A DNA stretch of 63,697 bases, counting the filler, from Octopus bimaculoides (Eukaryota), in NCBI RefSeq assembly GCF_001194135.2. It is 6 parts of 6 records of this genome, joined end to end, with 100 filler letters (N's around TTAATTAATTAA, not from the genome) between each part and the next. Parts side by side here need not be neighbours in the genome. Positions count along the whole stretch, not along the records: positions 60,147 to 62,574 come from NW_026357906.1; positions 62,675 to 63,697 come from NW_026397787.1; 4 more parts are not named here. One strand, 5' to 3'. Shown one piece after another: positions 61,680 through 63,697 of the stretch. The number at the start of each line of letters is the position of its first letter. Position 1 is the stretch's first letter. The position numbers were made by a program, and so were the translations under genes. Under the pieces are notes generated by a model. That model worked only from the letters and a program-made list of their open reading frames with translations, did not search any database and was not told the DNA's origin.

Positions 61680-62436
61680 GTATTTAGGGACGGTCATGTT
61701 GCCAGTTTAGTCAATGAAAACACATGCACTAAATATTTGGTGTTCACTTGCTTCAGCTTTATTTTATATTAATTGTATTTTGGCCAGAGTTCTTTCATCC
61801 CACTTCTGTGACCTCATCAGTGGTCCTTTGCATTTTTCTTTCTTTTTTGTATCTCTCCTCACTAACAATTAGCCATTTTCTATTCCTGTTGTATGTGACT
61901 TTATTTGCACATGTGTATACCATTGTGTGTGTCTATGTTTAGTGTGTGTGGGAATGTGTATCGTACATGCATTATCAATATCACGTGTTTATTCATGTTC
62001 GTTTAATTTACTTGTATTTATTTTATTCATTTCTTATTATCTACTTGTTCATTTCTTTTTCTTTTTGTATTAATTTACTTTAATTTAATTTATTTTATTT
62101 TGTTTCTATATATCATTTAATTCCATTTATCCATGTATAGTATTATATTCACATTATTATCAGTTTATGGGGATCTTATTCTGACATAGGTTGTCTCTGT
62201 GTGGAAGGGTGCTAGTGTTCCATTCTAATTTTCTATTTAGGCTAGGTTTAACTTCTATTACATGTGTAGCTTCCACAATTTGTCCAAGCGTTGCATGAGT
62301 TCTATGTGTGTACAAAAATTTCTGTTGTTGAGTGAGCACCCGTGTTCCCGTACGCCTAGTGGGAACACGGGGCCACCAGATATATAGTGCGTGTGTTTTC
62401 ATTAGCTAAAGTGGCAATATGTCCATACCCAAATAC
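61680..62436 (-). mobile_element. 5'-truncated Penelope-like element: GIY-YIG C-terminus, AT-rich 3' region, hammerhead, inverted 5' copy of the 3' end
   Basis: TGTRVLTQQQKFL...IVEATHVIEVKPSLNRKLEW matches the PLE GIY-YIG tail pattern (TGH..KIL..EA..I...KPSLN). 61680-61742 and 62374-62436 are 63-bp inverted repeats with 11 mismatches. Confidence 0.75.
61782..61826 (-). ncRNA. Hammerhead ribozyme motif in the PLE 3' region
   Basis: GGACCA-CTGATGA-GGTCACAGAAGTGGGAT-GAAA-G-aa-CTC-TGGCC. Core boxes are intact, the cleavage triplet is CUC, and helix II is imperfect. Confidence 0.65.
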
Positions 62437-62574
62437 ACATATATCCATTCCAACAAATGAATTCACATCAAGAATCTTGCAAAACGAGAATATAAACGTA
62501 ACATATATACATATATATAAAAACATATATATATATATATAAACATATATGAATATATATATATATATATAAAC

Positions 62575-62674
62575 NNNNNNNNNNNNNNNNNNNNNNNNNN
62601 NNNNNNNNNNNNNNNNNNTTAATTAATTAANNNNNNNNNNNNNNNNNNNNNNNNNNNNNNNNNNNNNNNNNNNN
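62575..62674. other. Artificial assembly join (TTAATTAATTAA linker)
   Basis: 44 N + linker at 62619-62630 + 44 N. Confidence 0.95.
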
Positions 62675-63524
62675 ATTGCCACACGCACACACATGTTTTT
62701 TTTTTAGATAATTTCAATAGCTTTCTTTTAAAATAGACAGAAAACAATTAAGACACACTGACACACACGCACCCACAAACATACATGAACTGAAAAAACG
62801 TACAAACACGGAAATTCACGCACCACGACACACACACACACACACACACACATGGAAGAGACACCAGAACCGTTCCAAAAGATGTGCTCCCTTTACCCAA
62901 ATTCATTCTCTGCTATATTTCGGTGGCCTGCTTTCGTAGCCATGTGAGCACATGGGCAACTTTCAGTGTCCGACTGCACTGGCATAGATAAAACTAAATA
63001 CACACCCACACACGTACGCGCGCGCGCACACACACGCAGAACGAAGATTGCTTCGTACGTGTGTGTGTTCTTGTGCATGTGGAAGTGCATGTGTTCCGAA
63101 ACAATGCACGCTCACACTGATTGCTTTTGTTTTGATATATAAAAAAATATATATTCAGACTCATGTGTGATGCACGTGCGTTTGTGCAGGCTGTTGTACA
63201 CCGAAATGCGTGTGTGCAAGTGCGTACGCGCATGTATGCATGTACACACATACACACAGATGTATGTATGTATGTATGTATGGATGCATACATGAATGTA
63301 TGTGGATGTGTATAATTGTATCTGTCTTCTTAGACATATATGTATATCTACGAGAAGGGTGCTGGTGTTCGTGTTAATGTTTGTGAGGCTTATTATCTCA
63401 TATATGTGTATGTGTGTATGTATGTATATATGGTATGTAAGTATGTATGTATGTACGTACGTATGTACATACATACATACCTATATACATACACACATAC
63501 GCACACATTTGTATACAACCATAC

Positions 63525-63557
<33 letters not shown>

Positions 63558-63697
63558 TATATATACGTATATATATATATACATATATACATATATAATT
63601 GTATACACACACACACATATATACATACAGAGAGAGAGAAAGAGAGGCGGACAGACATAGATAAGTAGATAGATAGATAGATAGCTGGATGGATGGA

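Overview
AT-rich, microsatellite-dense animal DNA. The repeat families point to an octopus (inference from recalled repeat sequences, not a database match). It is a draft assembly with many N gaps. Five of these are artificial 100-bp joins (44 N + TTAATTAATTAA + 44 N) that split the window into six blocks, which may not be neighbours in the genome. One host gene is well supported: the last three coding exons of an SV2-like MFS transporter on the minus strand (19673-19899, 18531-18690, 8175-8358), with canonical, phase-compatible splice sites. I could not find its upstream exons. Most of the rest is decayed mobile DNA: RTE, L1/Tx1 and R4/Dong-type LINEs, mariner and piggyBac-type elements and MITEs, and several tRNA-derived SINE families. 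The main unannotated signal is five Penelope-type (PLE) relics with outward-facing inverted ends, most carrying minimal hammerhead ribozyme (HHR) cores. One still encodes a GIY-YIG C-terminus. Another is a tRNA-headed, SINE-like element with an HHR tail, flanked by a perfect 14-bp target-site duplication. HHRs in PLE termini are known; the tRNA-headed non-coding form and a recurring A6U core variant are the parts that may be undescribed. There is no CRISPR array, rRNA gene or convincing tRNA gene. Boundaries of decayed repeats are approximate.
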